From contig JBBRNT010000001.1 of the NCBI GenBank assembly GCA_038230095.1, positions 112,848 through 176,847 on the forward strand: a DNA stretch of 64,000 nucleotides, read 5' to 3'. The position numbers and the translations under genes are program-made. Below are positions 44,132-53,826 of the stretch, one piece after another. This DNA is from Candidatus Saccharimonadia bacterium (GTDB lineage Bacteria; Patescibacteriota; Saccharimonadia; UBA4664; JBBRNT01). Numbering within the stretch: the first letter of the stretch is position 1; each line of letters begins with the position of its first letter. Under the pieces are notes generated by a model. That model was not told the origin of the DNA and searched no databases. It saw nothing but the letters and a program-made list of their open reading frames with translations.

Positions 44132-45676
44132 CTACGCTGCCGGGGACTTTTCGTTGCCATTTCGGCGGTAGGCGTAGAACGCAAGGCAGGCTAGTCCTAG
44201 TAGCTGGGGCCAGATAGTCCATTCGCCTAGCCGAGAGTAGGGCGTGAGGGTGGTTTGTGGCTGGATGCGGGCACTGATCACATCTAGCCCGTCGATGGGG
44301 GAAGAGGCAATTAATTTGCCATTAGCATCCAGGACGTAGCTAGCACCTGCCCGCGCTGACTGGATAAATGGCCTGGCATTCGCGATAGCTATGAAACGAC
44401 TAAAGTGCTTTGATTGTTCGAAGTAGATTGGTGCATTGCTGAAAATACCCAGAGCGGCACTATTGGTAAGTACTTGTGCGCCACCACGAGTGAGCTTTTG
44501 GTAGAGGTCTGGTGCTATCACTCCAGAGCAAGCAAGGCTGCCAATTTCGGTATTTCCGGCAGAGGCAAATGGGTGTGGGGTAATTCTGGTGCCAGTAATT
44601 GTGCGGTATTTTTCGAAGTAATCGACTAGGTCTCTGAACCCCAGTCCAAGGGCCACCCACTTCACTACGTAGGGCAAGAACTCACCAGTAGGGACTAGGA
44701 AACTCTTAGGTTGTTCATAGCTGATATTGCCGGCGGAGTCTCTGACAACAATGATGTTTGACAGGGTATTTGCGGAATTGCTATCTTGGTCATCCAATAC
44801 GGTGCCATCGGTCCGGGCTAGAGCAGCTAAATTCTGGTCGCTAGTTGGCTGCTTGCCGTCGAAGAACCGGGAGTACTCTGTGAGGACGAGTAGCTGGGCG
44901 GGTTGCACAGACTTGCTTGATAGAAGTTGTGTAAGATTGGCCTGGTAATTGGTATCAGACTCACCAAGCTGCAGCACATTTACGGAGACTTGCCTTGTGT
45001 GCTGGAGTGGCCATACCCAGCCGAGCACGGAAATGGCAACCAATCCAGCCAGCATTAAAGTAGCAGTACGCCACTGTCGGTTCAGCGACATGTAGAGAGT
45101 AATATTGGCCATAACTACGAGTAGACTTAGACCAAATAAGCCAACAATCCTTGAGGCAGGCCCCAGCCAGGTGGTAGCTCCAGCCAATCCGAGCACCCCA
45201 AAATTCCAGTAACTGCCTAGGCTGGCACCCGGTCCAGCAGTGAAGATCGAGAAAAGCCAACTACGGGCGTATTCACAGAGCACCCATAAGACCGCAAAGG
45301 TGGATAGCCGGGCCAGGCCGGCGGGTAGTTTGCTCGCAATGTATTTGTACCCCAAGCCCAGTATCATGAACCCGCTGGATAAAAATAGACAGGCAAGCAG
45401 CCACACAATACCAATGAGACTCTGCACGACCCAGCCACTGGTATTACCCCAAGTAACTGGATTGGTATTGAGCATCCAGCTACAAGCCAGGCAACAGTAG
45501 ATAAGGCCAGTGACCCAAAACAATAGGATACTGCGCTTACCCTGGAATTTTTCTAAGAATATGAACAACGGAATAAGACAAAGTAACACAAGCCACTGGA
45601 AATGGGGGATACAGAATGCTGCTGTGGATAGGGTAAGCCACGCAGATAGGAGTAAAAATTGTTTGGTTCGATGCAT
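44132..45676 (-). CDS. apolipoprotein N-acyltransferase-like protein (polytopic N-terminus plus carbon-nitrogen hydrolase domain)
   Basis: 6-8 TM helices followed by a CN-hydrolase-like domain. Candidate catalytic Glu in LVLTEY and Cys in GSLACSGVI. Confidence 0.55.
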   Translation of the reverse strand: MHRTKQFLLLSAWLTLSTAAFCIPHFQWLVLLCLIPLFIFLEKFQGKRSILLFWVTGLIYCCLACSWMLNTNPVTWGNTSGWVVQSLIGIVWLLACLFLSSGFMILGLGYKYIASKLPAGLARLSTFAVLWVLCEYARSWLFSIFTAGPGASLGSYWNFGVLGLAGATTWLGPASRIVGLFGLSLLVVMANITLYMSLNRQWRTATLMLAGLVAISVLGWVWPLQHTRQVSVNVLQLGESDTNYQANLTQLLSSKSVQPAQLLVLTEYSRFFDGKQPTSDQNLAALARTDGTVLDDQDSNSANTLSNIIVVRDSAGNISYEQPKSFLVPTGEFLPYVVKWVALGLGFRDLVDYFEKYRTITGTRITPHPFASAGNTEIGSLACSGVIAPDLYQKLTRGGAQVLTNSAALGIFSNAPIYFEQSKHFSRFIAIANARPFIQSARAGASYVLDANGKLIASSPIDGLDVISARIQPQTTLTPYSRLGEWTIWPQLLGLACLAFYAYRRNGNEKSPAA

Positions 45677-45730
45677 TGTTTCCCACTCATAATGCTTTTG
45701 CTATAGTATAGTGTACAAGATGGATGTTAC

Positions 45731-46297
45731 ATGAAGCTGTCACGATACAAGCTTGGAGTCATAATAGTTCTCGTCGTAATCGCTGCTGTCGGTGGTGCGC
45801 TATTTTTTCGTTCAGTCGTCTTGAATGCTCAAAAGAAGGCGAACCAACGCCACGGTGTGCAGCCAACAAAGGCCGAGGAGGGCATTGCCGTCGTGGCAGC
45901 TTTGGTTGCTAAGGATAGCGCCTCGGCAGCGGAGCTGAAACAGGCCAAAACCGACTTGCTTAATCAGCTGGCCAAAGCTACAACCATTCCGGATAAAGTG
46001 GCAATATTGGATACGCTCACGGTTGTTTGCCAAAAGCAGAAGGATCTGGTCTGCGCTAACGAGTACCAAGTACAGGTTTTGCAACTGGACCCCTCCAACT
46101 ACGATAATCTAGTTTCTGCGGGGGAGGCTGCACAGGCTGCGGGCAAGTATGCCGACGCATTAGCTGATTTCCAGAAAGCATTAACGGCTCTTGATACAAA
46201 GTCGAAGAATTACTCATACATGAAAGACTACGTGGACGGCAAGATTACTGAGCTACTGGCGCTGATTGCAAAACCGGCGACTAAGGGCAAATCATGA
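45731..46297 (+). CDS. membrane-anchored TPR-like protein
   Basis: N-terminal TM helix and Ala/Leu-rich helical repeats. ATGA overlap with the downstream giant gene. Confidence 0.5.
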   Translation: MKLSRYKLGVIIVLVVIAAVGGALFFRSVVLNAQKKANQRHGVQPTKAEEGIAVVAALVAKDSASAAELKQAKTDLLNQLAKATTIPDKVAILDTLTVVCQKQKDLVCANEYQVQVLQLDPSNYDNLVSAGEAAQAAGKYADALADFQKALTALDTKSKNYSYMKDYVDGKITELLALIAKPATKGKS

Positions 46298-49200
46298 AGC
46301 GCCTACTCCTACTTATCCCAGTATTATTTGCTACCTTGGTCATGTCCGGGGCTGCACATGCGGCTGCCTGGAGCTTGACTGATACACTGCCAGACCCTGC
46401 ATCCAATGGCCCTGAGATTTACCTAGACATAGCCAAAAGCGGCTGCGGGATTAGGCTGGATGCCCCTATAAGCTATACCAAGGCCTATTATGCAAACGGT
46501 ACGGTAGACTTTAAAGTAAATATAATTGATGGCGACTATGGCGCGGACGGGGCATCGGTGGACTACGGCGGCTGGGGCGGCAATGTAAATCGCGATGCTG
46601 TCTACGATCTATACCCGCTAGACGCGAACGGGAACATTCAGGGAGGCAAGGCACCTGGTGGAGCTGCAAGCGCAGTAGCTGGTCGTACCAATGCTACGGG
46701 TGACGCTGTTTCGCGACACCTAGGCAATGAAATGCCCACTTCCGGCTTTGAGGTGAACTTGACGGCCGAAAACCGTCAACCAACCCAGCGGATTACTAGC
46801 CTAGGCTTATATGGCGTGCTAATTGTAGCCTACTGGTATAACAATAGTTTCTGCGGGCGCATCAATGGGTATAAGCTGCAGGCTATTGGTACTACTGGCG
46901 GCAAAGGTGGTGCTGGCAAATACGCATATATGGGCTATGTAGCCTCTTTTGATGATCCATTCCAGAACGGCACAGGAAGCTATCCGCAAGCTGTTGGCGC
47001 CATGCCTCTATCACTCAGTGGCAAGAAAACCATTGATTTCAAAAGTGGCGTACCATGCGACTTTGAGACGAATCCCGCCTATAACAACACGCTACATCTG
47101 CGATGGCAGGATGCAGATGCCGGAAGTAGGCCTGGGTCCAGTCCGGCGAACGCGGGAATTGGTTTCACTATTACCCAGTACCGAACTGATGCAGGCGGCA
47201 ACCTAGTGCAAGTCGCAGCATTTTCAATAACGGACCCAGCAGATAACTTTGCCCTTGGTGGTAATGGCGAATTCCGCGACTTGGCGTTTACTAGGGCTGG
47301 CGGCGGGACGTACACAGCGGCGTTATCCGGTTCGAATATTCCAGGATCAATTGATGTAACCGGAACTATCGTGGCCCAAAGCGGAGTACAGATAGCAATT
47401 CAGAATAATGATAAATTCGAGTGGAAATGGACCCAAGTTCTGGTTGATAATCATCTGCAGTTGTGGGCACCATTTGATACTATATTTGGCTTTATAAATT
47501 GTACTCCTGCGAGGAACGACTCCATTTGCAGCTGGTCAGGAGGCATACCCGGCAGCGTTCCGGCGGGGAGCACCTTTAACGCCGGTATAACCATGCAAAA
47601 CAGTGGCACTACCACCTGGACGCCTGGGCCTGCCGGCGTGGTAAATTCGTACCTCTTAGGTACAGCGCAGCCACACGATAATACGATTTGGGGGCCAAGT
47701 AGGTATGGGCTGCCATTTGCGGTGGGACCCGGCGGGTCCGTCACCTTCAACGCCACGTTTACCGCACCAACCGCACCAGGAGACTATCCGTTCGCGTTCC
47801 AGATGCTGCAAGAGGGGGTGGAGTGGTTTGGTGGGACCTGCTTTACTACGATAACTGTAAGTGCCATTAATAAAGCCAGCTGCTCAGTTATATTCACCGA
47901 TAGAGCCAGCTACGGCGCCGGTGACACTATAAATGCGGTGGTGCAGTTCTTTAACTCCGGCTCAAAGGACTGGTGGTCGGGCGCAAACTACCACATGGGC
48001 GAAATAGACGGTGTAGGATGGGTGCCGGGCGCCAGAGTGTGGATGCAGCCGAACGGGTATGGTAACCCCACGCCTGAGTGGGTCAGACCAGGACAGTACG
48101 CGACATTCAGCTTTGCAGTAACAGCACCGGCGACGCAAGGCACTTATCCGTTCTCCTGGCAGATGGTTCAAGACGGCGTGGAGTGGATTACCGGGGTGAA
48201 CCCAGTTTGTAGCCTAAATATCCCCGTGACGCAGCCATTCCAGTACACGCTCGATGAGTCCAGCTCCAGCGCTGTCTGGGGTGACCCTACATATCCTGTA
48301 GGCAATTTGGATCTGACCTCGGGCACCATTAATATGACATTCCTTATAAATCCACGGGCCGTGGCGCTGGCATTTGCTCGCACCGGTGACGCTTATAATC
48401 TAGCGCCCTACCTCTTCGGTGGGGGTGGCAGTGTGGCACAGTCTGGCACCTGGGGGCCAGGCCCTTGGAACGGTCAGCCTGGAATAGCACCGGGCGGGGG
48501 CGCCTCGTACTACGTACGCTACAATGTGCCGCGCACCACCCCAGATGGAACCGTCTTCTGTGTGTACTCGGGTATTACGCCGCACGCTTCGTTTGATGGC
48601 GGCCAGCTGCTCTCAAACATCCTTTGTTATACCATTGCGAACCCTCGGTATCCTTATCTGACCACGAGCCAGGGTGATGTACACGCTGGTGCTGCGCCAA
48701 CCTGTACGCTTCCTGGAAGTACGCCGAACAATATTAAGGGCGTGACCGTCCTGAACCAAGGCTCCGTTGGCCAGTTCATAGTGTCGGCTGGTGGGACTAT
48801 TACCGACTTCTCGTCAGGTGGAGTACAGGGGAGTAGTGGGCAGAGTCTACCCGGCTATGGGACCATCTGTAGGCCAGACCTAATAGCCCGGGCCCAGCAG
48901 TACCGCACTGACTACGGCTCTGTTGACCCCGGTGCGTCCTTTGCCCCAACTGCCTACGTACCCGGTACGCTAGCGAGCCGCCTGCTGTACCACGTGGGCC
49001 CGGTAACGCTACAGGCCGGTACCATCTCTGGACGCTATAGCCTAGTAGTTATTGGCGACCTTACCATCAATGGCAACTTGAGCTATGACGGTACACCCCG
49101 GGCGCTGGTGGACCTGCCTTCCCTGGGCATAATTGTGACCGGTAATGTATATATAAGCCCCGGAGTAACTACCATGGTCGGTGCAGTGTTTGCCAACGGC

Positions 49201-49452
49201 ACCATAGACACCTGTAGCCCTTACCAGGCAACGAATTGCAATAACTCCCTGTTTTTGGACGGCTCCATGTACGCCAAGAGCTTTAATTTCAAACGCACTG
49301 GCAACGGAATCCAGGGTGGAGTAGACCAGGGCTTTGCCGAGAATATCCATGGCTCAACCCGTCTGTACATAGCGCCACCACCGGGCTTCAAGGACCTAGC
49401 ACCGATCCAATCTCAGAGCCAAGCACCAAACGAAAAACCACCATCCTACTAG
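46294..49452 (+). CDS. large secreted surface protein (1052 aa) with two tandem FW/NBR1-like Ig domains and a Gly/Thr-rich beta-rich C-terminal region
   Basis: Signal peptide MKRLLLLIPVLFATLVMSGAAHA. Two segments with the four-Trp pattern (MQNSGTTTW...FTAPTAPGDYPFAFQMLQEGVEWFG, and FFNSGSKDWW...VTAPATQGTYPFSWQMVQDGVEWITG). C-terminus has GNVYISPGVTTMVGAVFANGTI beta-helix-like repeats. Confidence 0.6.
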   Translation: MKRLLLLIPVLFATLVMSGAAHAAAWSLTDTLPDPASNGPEIYLDIAKSGCGIRLDAPISYTKAYYANGTVDFKVNIIDGDYGADGASVDYGGWGGNVNRDAVYDLYPLDANGNIQGGKAPGGAASAVAGRTNATGDAVSRHLGNEMPTSGFEVNLTAENRQPTQRITSLGLYGVLIVAYWYNNSFCGRINGYKLQAIGTTGGKGGAGKYAYMGYVASFDDPFQNGTGSYPQAVGAMPLSLSGKKTIDFKSGVPCDFETNPAYNNTLHLRWQDADAGSRPGSSPANAGIGFTITQYRTDAGGNLVQVAAFSITDPADNFALGGNGEFRDLAFTRAGGGTYTAALSGSNIPGSIDVTGTIVAQSGVQIAIQNNDKFEWKWTQVLVDNHLQLWAPFDTIFGFINCTPARNDSICSWSGGIPGSVPAGSTFNAGITMQNSGTTTWTPGPAGVVNSYLLGTAQPHDNTIWGPSRYGLPFAVGPGGSVTFNATFTAPTAPGDYPFAFQMLQEGVEWFGGTCFTTITVSAINKASCSVIFTDRASYGAGDTINAVVQFFNSGSKDWWSGANYHMGEIDGVGWVPGARVWMQPNGYGNPTPEWVRPGQYATFSFAVTAPATQGTYPFSWQMVQDGVEWITGVNPVCSLNIPVTQPFQYTLDESSSSAVWGDPTYPVGNLDLTSGTINMTFLINPRAVALAFARTGDAYNLAPYLFGGGGSVAQSGTWGPGPWNGQPGIAPGGGASYYVRYNVPRTTPDGTVFCVYSGITPHASFDGGQLLSNILCYTIANPRYPYLTTSQGDVHAGAAPTCTLPGSTPNNIKGVTVLNQGSVGQFIVSAGGTITDFSSGGVQGSSGQSLPGYGTICRPDLIARAQQYRTDYGSVDPGASFAPTAYVPGTLASRLLYHVGPVTLQAGTISGRYSLVVIGDLTINGNLSYDGTPRALVDLPSLGIIVTGNVYISPGVTTMVGAVFANGTIDTCSPYQATNCNNSLFLDGSMYAKSFNFKRTGNGIQGGVDQGFAENIHGSTRLYIAPPPGFKDLAPIQSQSQAPNEKPPSY

Positions 49453-49489
49453 CACGGATGGTGCGGTAAAAAAAGCCGCTGATCCAGCG

Positions 49490-49518
49490 TAGACAAGCCA
49501 TAGTTGTTATGCTAATGT
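49490..49518 (+). promoter_or_regulatory. candidate promoter for pilM (TAGACA-17-TGCTAATGT)
   Basis: Extended -10 TGnTAATGT ends 7 nt before ATG 49526. Short or leaderless transcript. Confidence 0.35.
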
Positions 49519-49525
49519 CGAAGCA

Positions 49526-50563
49526 ATGGCATTATTTAATACAGACAATGACTACTTCGGTTTAGACATTGGCGAGACGGGTATCCGGCTGGTCCAGCTA
49601 CGCAAGTCGGCTGGTAAACCGGTGCTGGTGACGCTTGGGGATATACCCGTGCCGGGTAACTTGCTTATGAGCGATGCCCCGATCGACCAGGATAAGCTGT
49701 CCAGTATCATCCGCCAGCTAGTGAAGGATCTGGGTGTGTCGACAAATAGCGTGGCGCTTGGTCTGCCAGCCAATAAGGTCTATGCTGCCGTGATAACCAC
49801 CCCGAAACTGACCGAAGCCGAGCTGTCGAAGGCTATCCGCTTCCAGGCTGATCAGTACGTACCGGTGGCAATTGACCAGGTGAAGTTGGATTGGACGGTA
49901 CTAGGACCCGGCAAGACCGACAACGAGCTGGAAGTTCTACTAGTAGCGTGCCCCAATACTGTAGCCGACAAATACCTATCTATCGCCGAGAACGCGGGGC
50001 TAGACGTAATGTCTTTGGAGACAAACTCTATGGCGCTGTACCGGGCAGTGGTCCCTACTGGCAGTCCGGCAGTGGTGGTGATTGATATTGCCAATACCGA
50101 CACTGATCTGGCCATTGTCTACAATGATACCCCTCGCTTGTTGCGCTCTATTGCGGTGGGCGGAAATACATTCCTAAAGGTTGTGTCGCAAGGTCTGGGA
50201 CTTGATGAAGTGCAGGCAGACCAGTTCATTAAGAAATTTGGTCTGACGCAAACCAAGCTCGAAGGACAGGTCTACAAAGCCATTAAGCCCAGCATTGACC
50301 TCCTGATTGAAGAAGTGGGGAAGAGCATTAAGTTCTTTGCTACTCGCTACCCAGAGGTAAAAATTGAGAAGCTCGTGCTGACTGGTGGTAGCTCACAGAT
50401 GCTGGAGCTTCCGACCTATCTGGCGAATGCAACCAGGCTACCAGTTGAAATTGCTAACCCGTGGATTAATATAGGCTACCCAGCAAGCATGCACGAGCGA
50501 CTGCTGGGCCTGGCCCACACCTATGGTGTGGCAGCTGGCCTTGCCCAAAGGATGTACCTGTAA
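49526..50563 (+). CDS. pilM: type IV pilus assembly protein PilM (actin-like ATPase fold)
   Basis: YFGLDIGETGIRLVQL N-terminus, FtsA/PilM fold length, and gene order pilMNO. Confidence 0.85.
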   Translation: MALFNTDNDYFGLDIGETGIRLVQLRKSAGKPVLVTLGDIPVPGNLLMSDAPIDQDKLSSIIRQLVKDLGVSTNSVALGLPANKVYAAVITTPKLTEAELSKAIRFQADQYVPVAIDQVKLDWTVLGPGKTDNELEVLLVACPNTVADKYLSIAENAGLDVMSLETNSMALYRAVVPTGSPAVVVIDIANTDTDLAIVYNDTPRLLRSIAVGGNTFLKVVSQGLGLDEVQADQFIKKFGLTQTKLEGQVYKAIKPSIDLLIEEVGKSIKFFATRYPEVKIEKLVLTGGSSQMLELPTYLANATRLPVEIANPWINIGYPASMHERLLGLAHTYGVAAGLAQRMYL

Positions 50564-51159
50564 TGGCTGTAAGCATTAATCTGCTACCCGATGTTCGTCA
50601 GGCCCGAATTCGGGATGCGGAACGACGCCAGCTACTCAGCATAGTGCTAGTGGGCACACTCGTACTATGTGGCCTGGTGGCCGGGGGACTGTTTGCCGTA
50701 ACCACCGCGCAACAGAGCCAAATTAAGGGGCTATCGGCGAGTATTACTGACAAGAAGGCCCAACTGACCAAGGACCCCGACCTAATTAAGATTCTGACTG
50801 CGCAGCAACAAGTGAGCAGCCTAGACCGGCTGCTGACCAATAAGCGCTATGTCACCAAAGTATTCAATATTTTGACTGAGATCTCGCCTACAGCTAAGGA
50901 ACTCATGCTGACTAATCTAGAAATTGACGACAAGAACCTAATGAAGGTGACTGTAACGGGCCGAGACTTCTTGGTGGCCGATCGATTCGTTAAGGCACTA
51001 GTGGCTAGCAACGTCAAGATTGGTAGCAAGGCGGCCGAGGGTAACCTACCAGACTTTACCAATGTGCAGCTATCGACGGTGGCAACGGATACTGGCAGTC
51101 GGACAATATTTAGTATAACGATGCAATTAGCTGATGGAGTGTATGATGCCAAGCGCTAA
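50563..51159 (+). CDS. pilN: type IV pilus assembly protein PilN
   Basis: INLLP motif at the N-terminus, single TM, periplasmic coiled coil. TAATG overlap with pilM. Confidence 0.8.
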   Translation: MAVSINLLPDVRQARIRDAERRQLLSIVLVGTLVLCGLVAGGLFAVTTAQQSQIKGLSASITDKKAQLTKDPDLIKILTAQQQVSSLDRLLTNKRYVTKVFNILTEISPTAKELMLTNLEIDDKNLMKVTVTGRDFLVADRFVKALVASNVKIGSKAAEGNLPDFTNVQLSTVATDTGSRTIFSITMQLADGVYDAKR

Positions 51160-51757
51160 ACAACAAAAAGCCGAGCTTAGCTTCAATAACTACCTTATGC
51201 TGGTGGTCTTGGTTTGCATACTAGCTGTGGGGGCGACGGTATTTGCCGCAAACACTATGGTACAGAGCTACTTGCGCAATCAGAAACTGATTACCGGCAA
51301 GACGGCAGCCGACAAGCAGCTAAGCGAGAACATTGATTCTTTCGGTAAGCTAAAACAGCAGTATGGTGGACTCGGCGCTACTGCCGACTACCTAAACCTA
51401 GCGCTGCCTTCTGTGCCCAACTATCCAGGCTTGGTTTCGACGGTGGCCAATATGGCCGGTATTAGCGGGGTTAAGCTGAAGTCCATTGCACCCGCAGAGA
51501 CTACGGACTCTGCCAATGCTATAGCAGCGGCACCTTCGGCAAATGCACCTGTCACCTATCCTGTGAACGTGATCGTGGACGGTAACTATGCGGCTGTTCA
51601 GACCTTTCTGAAGAATATGGAGCTATCAGCCAGGCAGTTCAAGATTACCACCTTGAGTATAACCGGCCCAAGCGCTGCCCAGACACTGACTATAAGCGTA
51701 CTGGCTTATCACCAGACAGCTGCGACAATCACCGAAAAGACGGAGGCAGTTAAATGA
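51134..51757 (+). CDS. pilO: type IV pilus assembly protein PilO-like
   Basis: Single TM plus extracytoplasmic domain, at the PilO position. The true start is probably ATG 51143 or 51146 after GGAG. Confidence 0.6.
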   Translation: MECMMPSAKQQKAELSFNNYLMLVVLVCILAVGATVFAANTMVQSYLRNQKLITGKTAADKQLSENIDSFGKLKQQYGGLGATADYLNLALPSVPNYPGLVSTVANMAGISGVKLKSIAPAETTDSANAIAAAPSANAPVTYPVNVIVDGNYAAVQTFLKNMELSARQFKITTLSITGPSAAQTLTISVLAYHQTAATITEKTEAVK

Positions 51758-52017
51758 AACGCAAAGACGTCACCTATCTAATAATTACGGTGGTCATTCT
51801 AGCTGCGACGGGTATTATGGCCTACTTCTTCCTGTTCCCCCAGAAGTCGACGGGCACTGGTGCTAAATCTAGCTATGAAGTCATAACCCCGATCGACGCT
51901 ACGCTTACTGGTGATAAGCTCAATCGTATCCTTGATTCCACGAAGCTGAAAGACTTCAGCGTTCCAGTAGACCTAAAGGGTCTTGGCAATACGACGCCGT
52001 TTGGACCGTTGCAATAA
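51754..52017 (+). CDS. small membrane-anchored protein in pilus operon (87 aa)
   Basis: ATGA overlap with pilO. One TM (YLIITVVILAATGIMAYFFLF). Confidence 0.45.
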   Translation: MKRKDVTYLIITVVILAATGIMAYFFLFPQKSTGTGAKSSYEVITPIDATLTGDKLNRILDSTKLKDFSVPVDLKGLGNTTPFGPLQ

Positions 52018-52035
52018 CCGACAGGGGAGGGCCAG

Positions 52036-53826
52036 ATGCTATCGGTTGAGAGCCAGCAACGAATTGAGAAACTGCTACTGTCGAACAATATTATTTCCAA
52101 GCCTGACCTAGAGAAGGCCCGTCTAGATGCCATTGCTTCGAACAAGCCGCTCTTGACCTACCTGGCTGAGAAGCAGCTAGTGGCGGACGAAGAGCTGACT
52201 AAGGTCTCGGCCCAGGCCTCTACAGTGCCGTATGTGAACCTGACTGGCGTGTCTGTAGTGAAGGATATACTAGATGCACTCCCTAAGACGAGCGCTGAGA
52301 CCTATATGGCCGTGCCGTTTGGACAGCTCCAAGGCCGCTTAGCAGTAGCCATGCTCGACCCCACCAATGTGCAGGCCATAGACTTCCTCGCACGCAAGAG
52401 CGGTCGACAGATTGCCTCGTTCATGGCCTCTCGGGCTAGCATTGAGCACGTTCTGAGCCAGTATCGTAGCGATGTGGGCGCAGACGTGAGCGCTGCCATC
52501 CAGAATGCCGATAATGCAGTGGTGCCAACGGCTTCACAAAATCGGCAAGCGGCGGCAGATACCAAGGAGCTTCAGAACCTGGTTCAGGATGCTCCAATCA
52601 CCAGGGCACTGAATGCCATCCTCGACTACGCTGCACAGTCTCGAGCGTCGGATATTCATATTGAGCCGCGCGAGAATGAGCTAGCTATCCGTTACCGAAT
52701 CGACGGGATCCTTCAAGAATCCATGAAGCTTCCGAAGTCGGTTGAACCAGCGCTAATTAGCCGAATAAAGATTTTATCCAATTTGAAGATTGATGAGCAC
52801 CGCATCCCCCAAGACGGGCAGTTCCAGATACATTCCGGCGGTAAAGACATAGACCTGCGTATTGCTATTGCGCCCGTGGTGCACGGAGAGCAGGTGGTCA
52901 TACGGTTGCTCGACAAGAGCTCAACGGTATTGACGCTGGAGTCGCTGGGGTTCAAGGGCCGGGCATTTCGACTTATTAAGGAGGGTATCCACCGGCCACA
53001 CGGTATGACGCTGTCGACGGGTCCGACTGGGTCGGGTAAGTCAACCACACTGTACGCGGTGATCTCAGCTATTAACGATGTGGCGATCAATATTGTGACA
53101 CTGGAAGACCCGGTAGAGTACAAGATGGATGGTATCAACCAAATTCAGGTCAATAACGATGTGGGTCTGACATTTGCCTCCGGCCTGCGATCTATCCTAC
53201 GTCAAGACCCTAACGTGGTGATGGTAGGGGAGATCCGAGATAAGGAGACGGCCGATCTAGCCGTGCAAGCGGCACTGACGGGTCATACCGTGCTATCGAC
53301 GCTGCACACCAACTCCGCTGCCGGTGTCTTGCCCCGTATGCTCGACATGCAGATTGAGCCATTTCTGATAGCTTCTACTATTAACACCGTGATTGGTCAG
53401 CGACTAGTGCGTAAGCTTGGTGATGCAAAGGATGTGGAAACCTTTGAGTCCAACCAGCTCGAGACGGACTCTATTAACCGAGTGGTGGGGGACCTACTGC
53501 CCAAGACCAAGGCCGATGTGGCGCGAGTGGCGGAGGACCTAGGATACGATAACTTGCCCCTTGGTGGTCAAAACGCTTATACTTTATATAGACCAAAGAC
53601 ACGGGCCGACGGTAGCAAGAACTACAAGGGACGTATCGGGGTGTATGAGGTGTTTGCAATGACCGAAGCTATGGAAAAATTACTGCTCGGGCGTGCCACC
53701 ACTTCGGAGGTACAGACCCAGGCTCAGAAAGATGGAATGATAACGATGAAACAGGATGGTTACCTGAAGGCACTAGTGGGAATGACTACGCTCGAAGAAG
53801 TTGAGCGAGTGGCGGCGGACGCATAA
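52036..53826 (+). CDS. pilB: type IV pilus extension ATPase PilB (GspE family)
   Basis: N-terminal GSPII domain, Walker A GPTGSGKSTTL, Asp and His boxes, and tetracysteine-like region. Confidence 0.92.
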   Translation: MLSVESQQRIEKLLLSNNIISKPDLEKARLDAIASNKPLLTYLAEKQLVADEELTKVSAQASTVPYVNLTGVSVVKDILDALPKTSAETYMAVPFGQLQGRLAVAMLDPTNVQAIDFLARKSGRQIASFMASRASIEHVLSQYRSDVGADVSAAIQNADNAVVPTASQNRQAAADTKELQNLVQDAPITRALNAILDYAAQSRASDIHIEPRENELAIRYRIDGILQESMKLPKSVEPALISRIKILSNLKIDEHRIPQDGQFQIHSGGKDIDLRIAIAPVVHGEQVVIRLLDKSSTVLTLESLGFKGRAFRLIKEGIHRPHGMTLSTGPTGSGKSTTLYAVISAINDVAINIVTLEDPVEYKMDGINQIQVNNDVGLTFASGLRSILRQDPNVVMVGEIRDKETADLAVQAALTGHTVLSTLHTNSAAGVLPRMLDMQIEPFLIASTINTVIGQRLVRKLGDAKDVETFESNQLETDSINRVVGDLLPKTKADVARVAEDLGYDNLPLGGQNAYTLYRPKTRADGSKNYKGRIGVYEVFAMTEAMEKLLLGRATTSEVQTQAQKDGMITMKQDGYLKALVGMTTLEEVERVAADA

